A DNA stretch of 63,510 nucleotides, filler included, from Octopus bimaculoides (GCF_001194135.2; 5 parts of 4 records of this genome joined end to end with filler, not necessarily neighbours in it); one strand, 5' to 3'. Shown: positions 48,460 through 61,385, numbered from the whole stretch's first letter. Translations and numbers: made by a program. The notes: a model not told the origin generated them from the sequence alone.

Positions 48460-51400
48460 CTAGCTGAATTATCCGGCACTGCCCGGGTTAGTGTGGTTCT
48501 TATTCAGCTACATACATGACAAAGCAAGCGACAAACATGATGGACCAGGCTTCATTCGGATTATAAACTCGGGTTATAAACTCATGGCCTTAATACAGTT
48601 CTGTTTGCTTGTAGTGTGAGATTAGTGTCAGTAACACTCAATGTTTTTATACTTCTGTACATTCCATGCACATATTATTCATGTAAATACTTCTTCATAT
48701 ACTCTGTTTTCTATCTTGCCATGTTTATTACTGAGAATGTAGAGGTTCTTTTCATCTCCAGCTCTGAAACATCCAACATACAGCTGACCATGTGAGAAGA
48801 ATTGACCATGTACTTTGTAGATAGACATTGCAAAGCTCAGTTTGTCAAGAAACTGCAGTCTCTTGAACTGAAAGGGGAGATCATTTGAGAGGGATCTTTG
48901 GAATGAAGACATTTGCACACATCATGTTATCTGTAATTATTGTTGCTTCCAGCACATGTGACATGGCTATTTTAACAATTAACCTTGTTCCATTGCAGAA
49001 CCTGAGAGCATCAAGTTTTCTTAACGGAATTATGGGGGAACCTGTTTTCCTGATCAGAATGTATGGTGAAAATCCTGGTGGTTGAATTGAATTGAGGAAC
49101 TTTACTGAGTAATGCGTTGCCTGTTCTTGGTCAGTGACAGAATCAATTGATCTGTATCAATATTCAGTTTCTGGAAGTTAAGACAACAAATTTAGATTCA
49201 CCAGTATCATTGTCCACAAATGTCGGAACTTGCCAGTATACTTCTTTTGGATCCTGTACCAGAAGTGCTTCTTTCTCATTGACAACTGCTTGCAAACTTT
49301 CCATGTTATTATGATGTTTCTCTGTGTTATGTGTGACAGGAAGGCCACAGATTTCAAGTTTGTTTCCACCCAGTGATCGAACCTTGTCCTCTATTAATCT
49401 TAATGCTTCATTGAAGATGTCATCATTGAATGTGTCATCACCCTCATACTGATATTGAATTCTTTGAAAAATGTCTTGACAAAGTACCTCTTTGTATTTA
49501 TACCAGAGTTGTTTCGGATTTGACAATCCACAGTTCACCAACATTATGGAGAGACTTCTCAGCTGCATAGGAGACTTGAACATTTGTGCCTCTCTCAGAG
49601 TGACATCTCAGTGTGCATCATCTTCCAGAAGAACTCTGGGATGGCAAGCCTGGTGATATGTTAGATATATTGTGTTGTCAACCGTACGTAAAGAAGTGAA
49701 TGATGTGGGTCCCTTGACATGGTGTAACAGAAGCCTTAGATAGTAGTACTCGGTAGTTGGGATGGATAACATAGACTCCGCCAATTGTGTTTGATTTCTT
49801 GGATCCAGGATGATCTTTCGGTGCTCCAATTGCGCGTAGCTTCCATTCCTTTTTGTTCCAGGTGTCGTATTGAGGAACTTCATTGTATAGCAGTTTTGCA
49901 CTGTCTGTGGTGAAGTAAACCCTTTTTCTATTCTCCAAGTGAAATGCAAGGTATTCCATGTGGGGATATCTTTCATGAATGGGGAACTTGAAGATCCTTC
50001 AACATGCTTCATCACTGCTGATGTACCTCCCCATTTGGAAGGTCTTGATCTCATCATTGTTCTCTGAATCTTGGACTGCAAAGACTGCCATGTCAGATCC
50101 CTTGTTAACATATTTGTACACATACTTAGAATTTCTTGGAGAGGAATGGACAGTAGGGTACTATCCACATGCTGTCAACTGGAATTTCAGTATGAGCTGA
50201 CTTCTTGATGGTGGTTTCAAACACACCATCACCTGGCCTTCTTCTGCAGAGGGAATAGTCATCATGTCCAGTCTGAGTGTCCTGAAGGACATTCTTTGGA
50301 AAATCTTTTATACACTTTCTATCCTGCATGCATGGAGCATGTCTTTTGATGTTCCAACATGGTCCATGAACCATTTGGGTCTTGACAACACTGAAGAGTT
50401 CTGGATCCTCCTGAGGATCTGGAAGCTTTGCACTAATGAATGCGTCTATCATGTTGGCATGTATTTTTGTGTAAGCCATAGCAGGATGTGTACATGAAGA
50501 GACCACGTTTCTGCTGCATTCTATGGTATACACGTGACATCTAGTGGCACAGAACACTTCATCTTTGGTCAGTAACTGCATGAGCTTGATAATCTTCTGT
50601 CCGAAGACCCTTGCAATTATGTAATGTCTATCTATTGCTTGTTGGTTTGGAAAGGGTTCATTTTCAATCTCTTTTCATTTAGGATTGCAAGTGCAGGTTT
50701 TGGAGAGGTCTGGTCTTCCATCGTGTCTAACATATATCGTTGCCTTTTGAGTGCGCTCATGCATACATCTTGAGCTTCCTGTGAATGATGATAGAAACAT
50801 TGCATCTTGAAAGTGTGCATATGATTTCATTCTTAATTTCTTCTGGTTCACTCTCATGTAGAGTAGCCGTTCACTTTCAATTTTTGCATACATATCAACA
50901 ATGAACTAACTGAAAAGACCCCTACAATGTAGGATCTGGATGGAATCTCCTCACCATGATGTGGAATGATGTGGAATGCATAGAAGTCATTGGATGAGAC
51001 TCGCTTTGAGGAATCTGTCTGAGCAATGTTGATGTGATAGCCATCTTGTCCATAACAGATTAGAAATGGATAGGACCTGTGTGTTTCTTACACCTGTCAT
51101 ATTCTTGCCTAAACAGAAGCACAGTTATTTCATTTGCTGTTGGCGCATTAAACTTCACTCTATATTGACCAGCTGGTTTCTTGTTTGACCTGATGACTAC
51201 CTTGTATTTCCTGGAGTCAAGTGGAATTGTTTCAAGTGCAGTCTTGAAGGTTTTGATCAGGTTGTTGTTGTGCAGCATCTCTTGCAAAGACACCACAATG
51301 TTCATCCCGATACCAGAAATGTTTTTGCACCTCTCTTGCCCTTCTAATTCAGAATCACCCATAAAGTGTATTTTTAGGAATTTAGTGACTCATTTGACGG

Positions 51401-52010
51401 AGGTAGTAGAAAGCCAATAAGATGATATATCTGCCCTTGAACCTTGAAAGTTTGCATGAATCCTGGCTCAGTTATTTCTCTAGTGGCTCCAAATGATGTC
51501 ATCTGTGGTGCAGCGTTGTATTGTCTAATTTTGTTTTGGAAGTTCTTAGAATGTTGGTCAGTTGATGACAATAGTTTCTTCAATGGCTCTAGAGGTTGTG
51601 GCATTGCGGTGAGCTTAACCGTTCCACTACAGCAGCACAATCCAGGTGTCTCTCCAGGTCACTTCCTTGCTTTATAGTCTATGCACTCGGTTGTCATTGC
51701 ATCAATAGAAACTTTAGTGCCATCTCCATAATTAACTGCTGGATCATAGTTGAACGCTGCTTCATAAAAATTGCTTCTCTGAGCTGCTGTAACTTCTCTT
51801 CCTACTGCAGTGGAGATCCTATTGGAGATCAGGCGTGTATACCTGCATACCGCTGATCAGCAGTTTGGGCTGCTCTAGCAGCAGCAGTACGTAACTGGTT
51901 TTATTTTTGACACATTAATCTTGTCGCAATATTCTCAGATATTCTGGCTGCTGTAGTTCAGAGTCTGTTTCTTTCTTGGTGTGCTTCCCTTTTTCAAGTA
52001 TCTCTCTTTC
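48460..52010 (-). mobile_element. Decayed RepHel Helitron with internal helicase deletion
   Basis: Minus-strand pieces: ETPGLCCCSGTVKL, IRQYNAAPQMTSFGA..TFKVQGQIYH, YAKIESERLLYMRVNQKKLR, VYTIE..QKRGL, MVHGPC..CIKDFPK, HLAFHLEN, YYLRLLLHHVKGPTSF, FCNGTRL and FSHGQLYVG. The 3' end is a CCGG-GCAGTG-CCGG hairpin + CTAG|T at 48460. There are many stops and frameshifts. Confidence 0.95.
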
Positions 52011-52085
52011 CAGTTCTGTATTTAAGAGATGAGGAATTTATGTACATTATTTACATTATTTACGTTTGACGGATATTTGACGGAC
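52011..52085 (-). repeat. Fragment of a dispersed repeat, inverted relative to 53828-53968
   Basis: 52052-52079 reverse complement CAAATATCCGTCAAACGTAAATAATGTA versus 53941-53968 CAAATATCCGTCAAATGTAAATAATGTA (27/28). Confidence 0.85.
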
Positions 52086-52127
52086 ATATGGCGTAGTGGT
52101 TAAGGGCACGAGATTCCGAGTTCTATT

Positions 52128-52132
<5 letters not shown>

Positions 52133-52203
<71 letters not shown>
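52133..52203. repeat. (TAA)n microsatellite, 5' flank of the Dong-like LINE
   Basis: Direct reading. Confidence 0.97.
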
Positions 52204-52204
<1 letters not shown>

Positions 52205-52205
<1 letters not shown>

Positions 52206-52921
52206 ACACAGTACATGGATTTACCAAGGAAATAGATATAAAATTCGGATTAGAAAAATGTGCCAAAGCAACCCTGAAAAGAGGAAAACTAGTTAAGAGT
52301 AGCAACATCACACTAGATAAAGCCAATGAAATAAGAGAACTAGACGAAAGCCAGCCATAGAAATATTTAGGAATCAATTAACTAGATAGGATACAACACA
52401 CACAAATGAAAGAAAAAATAAAGAAAGAGTACTATAGACGAGTTAGATCAATACTAAAAACAGAGCTCAATGGTAAAAACAAGATAATAGGTATTAGCAC
52501 TTTAGCCTTCCCAGTTATAAGTTACAGCTACAATATCCTTAACTGGATACTAAACGAACTATCTAAAATACACAGGAAAGCAAGAAAAATAATGATAGGG
52601 TCTAGGATGCACCACCCAAAATCTGACATAGAAAGGCTATATATACAACGTAGAGAAGGTGGCAGGGGTCTTATACAGCTGGTAAACTATTATAAAATAA
52701 CCACCATAGGACTGCAAAAATACCTACTTCAGAAGCATGGAAAACTAATACAAATAGCCACAAAACACGAGCAAAACAAAAAACTATTTTCAGTATTTAA
52801 GGAAGCTGACAAATACAAACAAGAAATCATACTACCTAACAAATACGAAGAAGAAGAAAAAGAAACAACAAAAGTTATAAAACAAATGAAATCCAAACTA
52901 AAACTAGAACAGCAACGGACC
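52205..52921 (+). pseudogene. 5'-truncated R4/Dong-clade LINE, end of RT and downstream region
   Basis: IKFGLEKCAKATLKRGK...*KYLGI...KKEYYRRVRSILKTELNGKNKI...MHHPKSDIERLYIQRREGGRGL. The FGLxKCA, YKYLG, HPxSDxxRLY..R..GGRGL motifs are typical of R4/Dong. Two in-frame stops; the 3' end lies in a gap. Confidence 0.88.
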
Positions 52922-53716
52922 NNNNNNNNNNNNNNNNNNNNNNNNNNNNNNNNNNNNNNNNNNNNNNNNNNNNNNNNNNNNNNNNNNNNNNNNNNNNNNN
53001 NNNNNNNNNNNNNNNNNNNNNNNNNNNNNNNNNNNNNNNNNNNNNNNNNNNNNNNNNNNNNNNNNNNNNNNNNNNNNNNNNNNNNNNNNNNNNNNNNNNN
53101 NNNNNNNNNNNNNNNNNNNNNNNNNNNNNNNNNNNNNNNNNNNNNNNNNNNNNNNNNNNNNNNNNNNNNNNNNNNNNNNNNNNNNNNNNNNNNNNNNNNN
53201 NNNNNNNNNNNNNNNNNNNNNNNNNNNNNNNNNNNNNNNNNNNNNNNNNNNNNNNNNNNNNNNNNNNNNNNNNNNNNNNNNNNNNNNNNNNNNNNNNNNN
53301 NNNNNNNNNNNNNNNNNNNNNNNNNNNNNNNNNNNNNNNNNNNNNNNNNNNNNNNNNNNNNNNNNNNNNNNNNNNNNNNNNNNNNNNNNNNNNNNNNNNN
53401 NNNNNNNNNNNNNNNNNNNNNNNNNNNNNNNNNNNNNNNNNNNNNNNNNNNNNNNNNNNNNNNNNNNNNNNNNNNNNNNNNNNNNNNNNNNNNNNNNNNN
53501 NNNNNNNNNNNNNNNNNNNNNNNNNNNNNNNNNNNNNNNNNNNNNNNNNNNNNNNNNNNNNNNNNNNNNNNNNNNNNNNNNNNNNNNNNNNNNNNNNNNN
53601 NNNNNNNNNNNNNNNNNNNNNNNNNNNNNNNNNNNNNNNNNNNNNNNNNNNNNNNNNNNNNNNNNNNNNNNNNNNNNNNNNNNNNNNNNNNNNNNNNNNN
53701 NNNNNNNNNNNNNNNN

Positions 53717-53827
<111 letters not shown>

Positions 53828-53874
53828 TTGAAAAATACCTTAGGAATGAGAACCCAGGTTCGAAATTTCCCCAA

Positions 53875-53920
53875 GACACCTGATGAAAGCTGGAGGGTAT
53901 ATCAGCCGAAAAGTTGTGTT
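53875..53920 (+). ncRNA. Degenerate minimal type I hammerhead-ribozyme-like motif
   Basis: GACAC-CTGATGA-AA-GCTG(gagggtatat)CAGC-C-GAAA-A-GTT-GTGTT. Stem I is GACAC/GTGTT, stem II is GCTG/CAGC, and the cores CUGAUGA and GAAA are present. The stem II closing pair (A-C) and stem III (AAAGTT) are non-canonical in this copy. Confidence 0.45.
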
Positions 53921-54486
53921 AACAGCAAACAAGATGAGGACAAATATCCGTCAAATGTAAATAATGTATCTCCTTTTCCGTTGACAGAGATATCTGCTTG
54001 GCTGACCTTGATATTGGGGACAAATTTGACACCTTCTTTCTAGGCACGATTATTTATGTATACACGTAGACACCAGTACAGAAGATTGTAAACAATGAAA
54101 GTATGTGTAATAAATTTTTTGTACTAGAAATCGCCACAACATTAAACGCTAGACAGAATGTTTGACAGAATGAAGAGGAGAATTATAGAGTAAGAGAGAG
54201 AGAGAGAGATGGGTAGATTGATAACTTTCGTTATTAGCCACACATGGCCGAACACAGAGGGGACAAAATACAATATAGAGCTTTTCTTTTCGAAAGAAAA
54301 AGAAGAAAACAGATAAAAAGAATGAGAAAATAAATTTCCGATCAAAAGGGACCGTGTAAAATAAAAAGCAATCAATAGGGATTGTGTATCACGGAAAAGA
54401 GTAAAAATGTTAGAGACAGAATAGGTTTATCTTTAGAAAAACAGATAACCTCAGGCATGGAGAGGAAAATCATATGAGAGCAAAGT

Positions 54487-54532
<46 letters not shown>

Positions 54533-54550
54533 TCTCTCTCTCTCTCTCTC
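54487..54550. repeat. (CT)n/(CTAT) microsatellite abutting the L1/Tx1 3' end
   Basis: Direct reading. Confidence 0.95.
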
Positions 54551-54554
54551 TTCG

Positions 54555-57480
54555 ATTTACAGAATCATGCTCATAGTTGTCTCGTCATTCGCGCGTACAA
54601 TCTTTGCTACATTCACCCACCTTTTATTGAATCTTTCATGAGACAAAACTTGCCTCACTATTCTCACCTTCCTTTTCAAGTAGTACTTGAAAAAAATGAT
54701 GAGCGATTGGCCAGAGAGGAAAGAGTTTGTCTTTAAACCTTTCACACGACTCCACCATACACATTATTTCACCATGGCCACCAGTAGGATGAAGACTGCC
54801 TTGCCTTCCTGGTTAAGGAAAAGTGGCAGAGCAGTTTTCATGATAGACTCGGCCGACAACCGAATTCGTCCCAAACGTGACAGCAGCCATTCGACATAAT
54901 CCCACAGGTCCGAAATGGTTGGACACTGTACGAGCGCATGCAGAACGCTTTCGTCGCTCTGACCGCATCTCGGGAAAGTCGGTTCGGTGTGTCTCGAACC
55001 GTGCCTGTAGAGGTTATCCCGAACGGGCAATGCTTCTCGATAGCACTGCCAGGCCAGCGATCTCTGGTAATTGTCCATAGGTCTCGGCCCGAAATTTTTC
55101 CTGAACAGGCGGGTCAGGTGTTCCTCATCGACGCCCAGACTGTGCCCGAGAACGTCGTCGCACCTCCCCTTCACTAATCTTCTATAGAACGCCTTCGTGG
55201 AATTGAAGTTGCACAAGTTTGGTCCCGGACGGCAGAGTTGCTTGAGAGCAAGGCCATTCGCCTAGCCACGGTCTCGGTTTGATCCACGACTGCAGTTCGT
55301 CCAAAGAGATGAGCTGCGGGAAAGCGCGCCTCACAAACGGTGACCGTATCTGTTCACCATCGTCTGTGAAGCGCCGGAGATGTCGCAATTTTCAGAGCAT
55401 GTCTGCGCATCATCAACTAGGACATGCCCAGCCCTCCATTTGGCGGGTGTTGGCAGCAAATGGATCGCCTAACCATCGGAACGCTTCCCTTCGACAAAAA
55501 GCGGAAGAGTATGCATTTCAGTTTGATGGTAGGGTCGGGACAAGGCACGACGGTCAGACGTTAATCGATGACGGATGCGATGTACGCGTTCGCCACCTCG
55601 GCCCGACTTTTTAGGGATAGCATCCTCTTGGCCCATTGCTGGGTGAGAGTGGCTACCCTATTCGTTATCTCGTCCCAGTTCTTCTCCATTTGCAAGTCCG
55701 GACCGAACCAAACTCCGAGCAATTTAACCGGTCCGTCAGTCCAGCGTCCCATGATGGAGACATTGTTTGACGGCATGGGCTTGCTTCTCCAGGTGCTGAG
55801 CTGCAAGGCCCTCTGACATTTCCCGGTTAATTTTCGCCCCGTTACCGCTTTGTATTCTTTTAGTGTCTCAACGACCACATCGATATGCCTGTGGCTCGAC
55901 ACACACGGTGACGTCATCCGCGTATGCAGACACGCTCCTTCCGGATCCCAGTTCTCGCGGGATGCCTCTCAGCGTCGCAAGCTTCCACAGTAGTGCCTCT
56001 AGAGTCAATACCTACAGAAGCAACGAGAGGAGGCATCCTTGATGGACCGAACGCGTGATGTCAAATGGTCTGGAAAGATGACCATTTACGCGAACGACCG
56101 AGCGGATGCCGCTGTATAAGGCAGCGATTCAACCACGGTAGACGGGACCGAAATCAGCCGCTCTAAGAACAGTTTACAAGTAGCGATGGTCTACCCTATC
56201 GAAAACTTTTAATTGATCCAAATTCATCCGCATCCCGCCCACGCCAGGTTCCTTAACTACTCTGTCTATGATGCAGCGCATCAGATGGAGATTGTCATGA
56301 ATACTCCTGCCCGGCACGGCGCACGTTTGCGCATTGTCGACCAGTTTCTCAATGACAAGTGCCAACCTCTCGGCTAACACATTGGCCAAAATCTTCAAAT
56401 CTGCGTTGAGCAGAGTATGGGCCTGAAGTTATCTGTGATGTTCCGTTTGTTTGGATCTTTCTTTAGCAGTGCCACCGTTACTCGCTTTAGAGAAACGGGA
56501 ATACTCCCGTTTTGCTGCCAGTTGCAGTAGACGGCTGCCAAGACGCCTCCAAACAAGTCTGACATATGGCAATAGATTTCGTAGGGCAGACCATCGAAGC
56601 CTGGCGACTTGTCTCCTTTGCAGCCTGCCATCGCATCCCGTACGTCCGCGGCTGAGGTGGGTCTTTCACAATACTCAGCCTCTCTTGCCGAGAGTCGTGT
56701 CAGGCCATGCAGGTAGGCACTAAAGTCCACTCTACGTTCTGACCCTCCAGTTGTCCCGAACAGTCAGACAAAGCGTTGTTGAAAGGACTCACACATCCCT
56801 TCGGGCTCGAGTAATTCGTGCCTGTGCTCATCTGTCAGAGATCTAATGGTGGCTTTGTTGCATCGTTGCGCCTCCATCTCTCGGGCGGCTCCAACTCCCT
56901 CGTTCCTCAGAGCATGCAACCTAACTCTGACAACGCATCATTTGGCTTTGGCGTTGAAGTTTTGGTCGAGGTACAGCCTCGCCTCCAGTACGTTGGACGC
57001 GGTAGCAGTTCCAAGTGCCTCTTCTAATTTCTTAACTAGGTCTTCCTCTATTCTATTTCGGTCTAGGGCCTTAGTGTACCTAACGGATTCTGCTTTAATT
57101 GCTTTCTTTAAGGCACCATCTATTGTTTATGGTGGCGCCCGTCACTGTTCTCTTAACTAATGTGCTAATCCGGTCCCTGCAAACCTGGAGTGCCGTAAAT
57201 GACGACTTTAGCTTCCAGTAAGCATTATCTTAGTCAAATGTACAAGTCACAAACTTGTGATCTGTGTAGCTGACTATATGGAATTGTGGACAACCTACAC
57301 TATCGCTATCCACTATCCTACAGAATGCTCTATCTACATACGATCTGGACGATCCGATGCTGTTGCTCCATGTCCACATTGGCACATTCGGGTGATCCAG
57401 TCAGCACCTAACAGACAGTTGGAAACGTCTGAGCAGGTCTTTGAGGCATTTACATCCCCTCCTATTACTATCTCAATTGT
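54555..57480 (-). pseudogene. L1/Tx1-clade LINE ORF2 (partial APE + RT + zf-RVT), frameshifted
   Basis: APE C-terminal part (MWTWSN..SYVDR, TDHK, YWKL); RT motifs KSPGFDGLPYE, NFRPI, KILANVLAERL, QTCAVPGRSIHDNL, FDRVDH, QGCLLS, AYADDV and KLLGVWF; zf-RVT-like PRCGQSDESVLHALVQCP. Confidence 0.93.
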
Positions 57481-58492
57481 GCATATGGTGGTGTGTGTAG
57501 CAGTGCTGGTTTTTTTCTTGGTTTTCTTGTGGTTGTTGTTGCTGTTGTTGTTCTTGATCTTGTTTTTGTCATTGTTGATGCTGTTGTTGTTTCTGTGATA
57601 ATGGACAATTGATTTTTCAGGTGTGATTTACTACCACAAACGTAGCAACGTAGCCTTCTGCCTTCGATGGCCATATGCAAATTCGAATCGTCTGCCAGTT
57701 TGATTAGATGTGGAATCCTTTCAATGTTGATTGGATCAACTTGAGCAAGGATTTCCACTCCTTGACCAATCCAATATTGCTGGTCCAGGACAGCGATTTC
57801 CAAGATATGGATTGCCTCTCGATATCGTAACAAATGACTGATACAAGCAATTTTATTTCTATCTCAGGGGGCACATCTTTGGTTTTTATTTTTGTGACCC
57901 TACGACCAAGATATTTTGGGAACATCATTATGTTCTCGCATTCAAAATACTTTGTGGAGAGGTCCTTGGCTCGTTCTTCCCTGTCGAATCTAACAACGAT
58001 CGTGGCAAGTTTTTTTCCCTTGGTGATGTAGTCTTTAAAGGGCCATATGAACCTTAAACATTTTACTACTGTTTCTTAGGTAGTAGTTTCGTAAAGTTTT
58101 GTTTTTAGGTTGAATGTTTTGTTAATATTTTTTTTTGTTTTTTTTCTTTAATTTCTTCTGTGATTTTTTTGTGGTGTTTGCAGTTGTATGATGTGTTCAT
58201 CTTTTTTAGACATTGCCTTGCAAGCAAGCAGTTCTTCCTTCGAAAAGGACATAATTCTTTTCTTCAGCTTTAAAGCTGCGGCAAAATTGCTTTGAGTGTT
58301 CGTGTTGGTTGGGGTGGTAATGGCGGTGGTGTTGGTGTCAGTGGCGTAGGCAGTGTTGATGGTAGTAAACGTTGTCTTTACTTCTTTGTTTGTATCTTCT
58401 AAGGCCAGACTGGCGATTTTCTATGTGCGTCCAAGCGGAACGACTTTGTTTTCAGCTTCCCTCACCTCTGACTTTGGTAGAGGCGGGAAGTC
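57450..58492 (-). pseudogene. L1/Tx1-clade LINE ORF1 with degenerate zinc knuckle
   Basis: FPKYLGRRVTKIKTKDVPPEI...IKLADDSNLHMAIEGRRLRCYVCGSKSHLKNQ, broken by frameshifts; the 5' end lies in a gap. Confidence 0.8.
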
Positions 58493-58709
58493 NNNNNNNN
58501 NNNNNNNNNNNNNNNNNNNNNNNNNNNNNNNNNNNNTTAATTAATTAANNNNNNNNNNNNNNNNNNNNNNNNNNNNNNNNNNNNNNNNNNNNGAAGCGAA
58601 AGTTACGTACCAAAATATTTGATATTTTATTTATATTACGTTAATATTACTATTATTAATTATGTTGCTCATCATGTACGTATATATTCACCATTATTTA
58701 ATTTAATTC

Positions 58710-59035
58710 AAGGCGGCGAGCTGGCAGAAACGTTAGCACGCCGGGCGAAATGCTTAGCGGTATTTTGTCTGCCGTTACATTCTGAGTTTAAATTCCCCCA
58801 AGGTTGACTTTGTCCCTCATCCTTTCGGGGTCGATTAATTAAGTACCAGTTACGCACTGGAGTCGATATAATCGACTTACTGCGTTTGTTTATCTTTACT
58901 TTTTGAGTTCAAACTCTGCCGAGGTCGACTTTGTCTCTCATCCTTTCGGGGTCGATAAATTAAGTCTCAGTTTCGTACTGAGGTCGATCTAATCGACTAG
59001 TACCCTCCCCAAAAATTTCGGGTATTGTGCCTTGA
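58710..59035 (+). mobile_element. SINE family A with internally duplicated core
   Basis: Head GGCGGCGAGCTGGCAGAAACGTTAGCACGCCGGGCGAAATGC. The core GAGTT.AAA...AGGT.GACTTTGTC.CTCATCCTTTCGGGGTCGAT occurs at about 58785 and again at about 58905. Confidence 0.9.
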
Positions 59036-59294
59036 AAAGATTATTTTATTTATTTCATTCAATTTTAGAAAAACTGAAGCTCGGTCTCTGACACTTGCGG
59101 AGCATATTGGACTTATTTTGTGCTTGACTTTTGCTGCACCCTGTCCGTAGCAAGCGTGGGACTGTGGTAAGACGTTTGCATCCAAGCCTCGTAGTTCTGA
59201 CTTCGGTGCTTGTGCAATCGTCTTCTTCTTTAGCCTTATGAGTAAATTTCGCAAATGGAAACTGAATGAAGCCCGTTCCGTGTAATATATTCTT

Positions 59295-59471
59295 TTACAT
59301 GTTTCAGTCATTTGACTGCGGCCGAAAGGGTTTAATCGAAGAAATCCACCCCAGCACTTATTCTTTGTAAGCCTAGTACTTATTCTATCGGTCCGTTTTG
59401 CCAAGCCGTTAAGTTACAGGGACGTAAATACAACAACATCGGTTGTTAAGCAATGATGGTTGTTACAACCA

Positions 59472-59521
<50 letters not shown>

Positions 59522-59790
59522 NNNNNNNNNNNNNNNNNNNNNNNNNNNNNNNNNNNNNNNNNNNNNNNNNNNNNNNNNNNNNNNNNNNNNNNNNNNNNNN
59601 NNNNNNNNNNNNNNNNNATATATATATATATATATATACACGACGGGTTTATTCCAGTTTATACCAAACCCACTCACAAGTCCTTTGATCGGCCGGAGGC
59701 TACAGTAGAAGAAACGTACCCAAGGTGTCTTGCAGTGGGACTGAACCCGGAACCATGTAGTTGGGAAGCAAGGTCCTTACCACACAACCA
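59295..59790 (-). mobile_element. SINE family B, near full length, internal (CA)/(TA) tract gapped
   Basis: Colinear with 28520-28853. Confidence 0.9.
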
Positions 59791-59799
59791 TGCCCGCAC

Positions 59800-59803
59800 T
59801 TAT

Positions 59804-59848
<45 letters not shown>

Positions 59849-59925
59849 GATCTATTTATCGATCTATCTATCTATCGATCTATCTATCGATCTATCTATC
59901 GATCTATCTATCGATCTATCTATCT
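59800..59925. repeat. (TATC)n microsatellite with TATCGATC variants
   Basis: Direct reading. Confidence 0.95.
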
Positions 59926-59942
59926 CTCTTTCTATATATATA

Positions 59943-59979
<37 letters not shown>

Positions 59980-61084
59980 GCGTGTTTGTGTGTATATATA
60001 TTTGGAGGGGAGAAATCAAAAAGAACGAAGCAATGAATTAAAATCAGGGGGAGATGTAAAAGTACTGTGAGAGGAGAAGAATCGAACAGGGAAGGAATTA
60101 GACGTAACAAACAAGACGAAGGAGAGATGAGAGACAGAACGAGAGAAGTAGAGAGAGGATAAGAAAGATAGAGCAAGAGAGAGAGGAAGAGAGGAAACGA
60201 AGATTATTGAGAAGCTGCTCTTCGAAAATTGATATAAATGGCGATGAAATTTCTTTGTTTTGCGTGGCGTTACTATCAAATCGAAGAAAGAGAAAAAACG
60301 AACAAGTAAAACTCACAAGGGAACTGTGATGAGCAGCCGAAGAGATATTATATAACAGTAGCCATCTCTGTATCATTTATAATGCAGATCCATCTCGAAA
60401 AGGCAAATTGACTGCAGTATTCGTCCGGCTGAAAAGCTTTTGATATATGCGTGTGTGTGCGCACGTGTGTGTATGTGTGTGTGTGTGCGCGCACGTGTGT
60501 GTGTGTGTACATATATGTATTTGTGAGTTTATACATATATATGTGTGTGTGTGTATGCACGCACACATATTTATGTATGTGCATATATNNNNNNNNNNNN
60601 NNNNNNNNNNNNNNNNNNNNNNNNNNNNNNNNTTAATTAATTAANNNNNNNNNNNNNNNNNNNNNNNNNNNNNNNNNNNNNNNNNNNNAACAATAGAATA
60701 TAGAGGTTCTTGTTTGGTGGGCTCATGGGTGCTGGTGCCACATAAAAAGCACCTGTGCTGTTGTCTTGTAAAAGGCACCCATGCCAGTGCTACGTAAAGA
60801 GTGCCTGTGTAAGTGTCAAGTTGATGCAACATAGAAAATCACCCATTAGGGGCCATGGAAAAAGGACCTATGCCACTATAATGTAAAAAGCACTTGTGTT
60901 GGTGTGTTTATGTCCGCAGAATTTAGTGGTTTGGCAAAAGAAATGGGTAGCGTAAGTACCAGGCTTAAAGAAAACAAAAGTTCTGAGGTTGATCCATTCA
61001 ACTAAAATTCTTCAAGGCAGTGCCCCAGCATGGCCGCAGTCTCATGACTGAAACAAGTAAAATAGAAAAGATAGAGATATATAT

Positions 61085-61385
61085 ACCACTGGATGTACAG
61101 TGCCAGTGTCCATGTGTGACATAGTGTTAGTGTATTGCAAGAAAAGTTAGTCATAAAAGAAAAGATGTTGTGTGCAAGAAAGAAGACTGTGTTGGTTTTG
61201 TCATGTGATGTTCATGAATGTAAGCAGTTGCATACAGAAGTGCTGATCACTTCTTCAGGAACAAGGAAACCCAGAAAGACATGGGACAAAGTATTCAAGA
61301 CTGATCTCAAGACACTGAGCTTTATAGAGGAGATGACACAGAGCTGAGATGTCTGGCACCTTGCCTTTCTCAAGAAGACCTGTCC
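61085..61385 (+). pseudogene. RTE-clade LINE 3' end remnant
   Basis: WMYSASVH...QEKL...CVQERRLCWF...RKPRKTWDKVFKTDLKTLSFIEEMTQS*DVWHLA resembles the RTE RRLRWFGHV...GRPRKTW..V..DL...DR..W end. Confidence 0.8.

Noticed and set aside
50533-50548. CTCF-like GTGACATCTAGTGG
   Set aside because: It has a core-position mismatch and lies within Helitron coding remnant.
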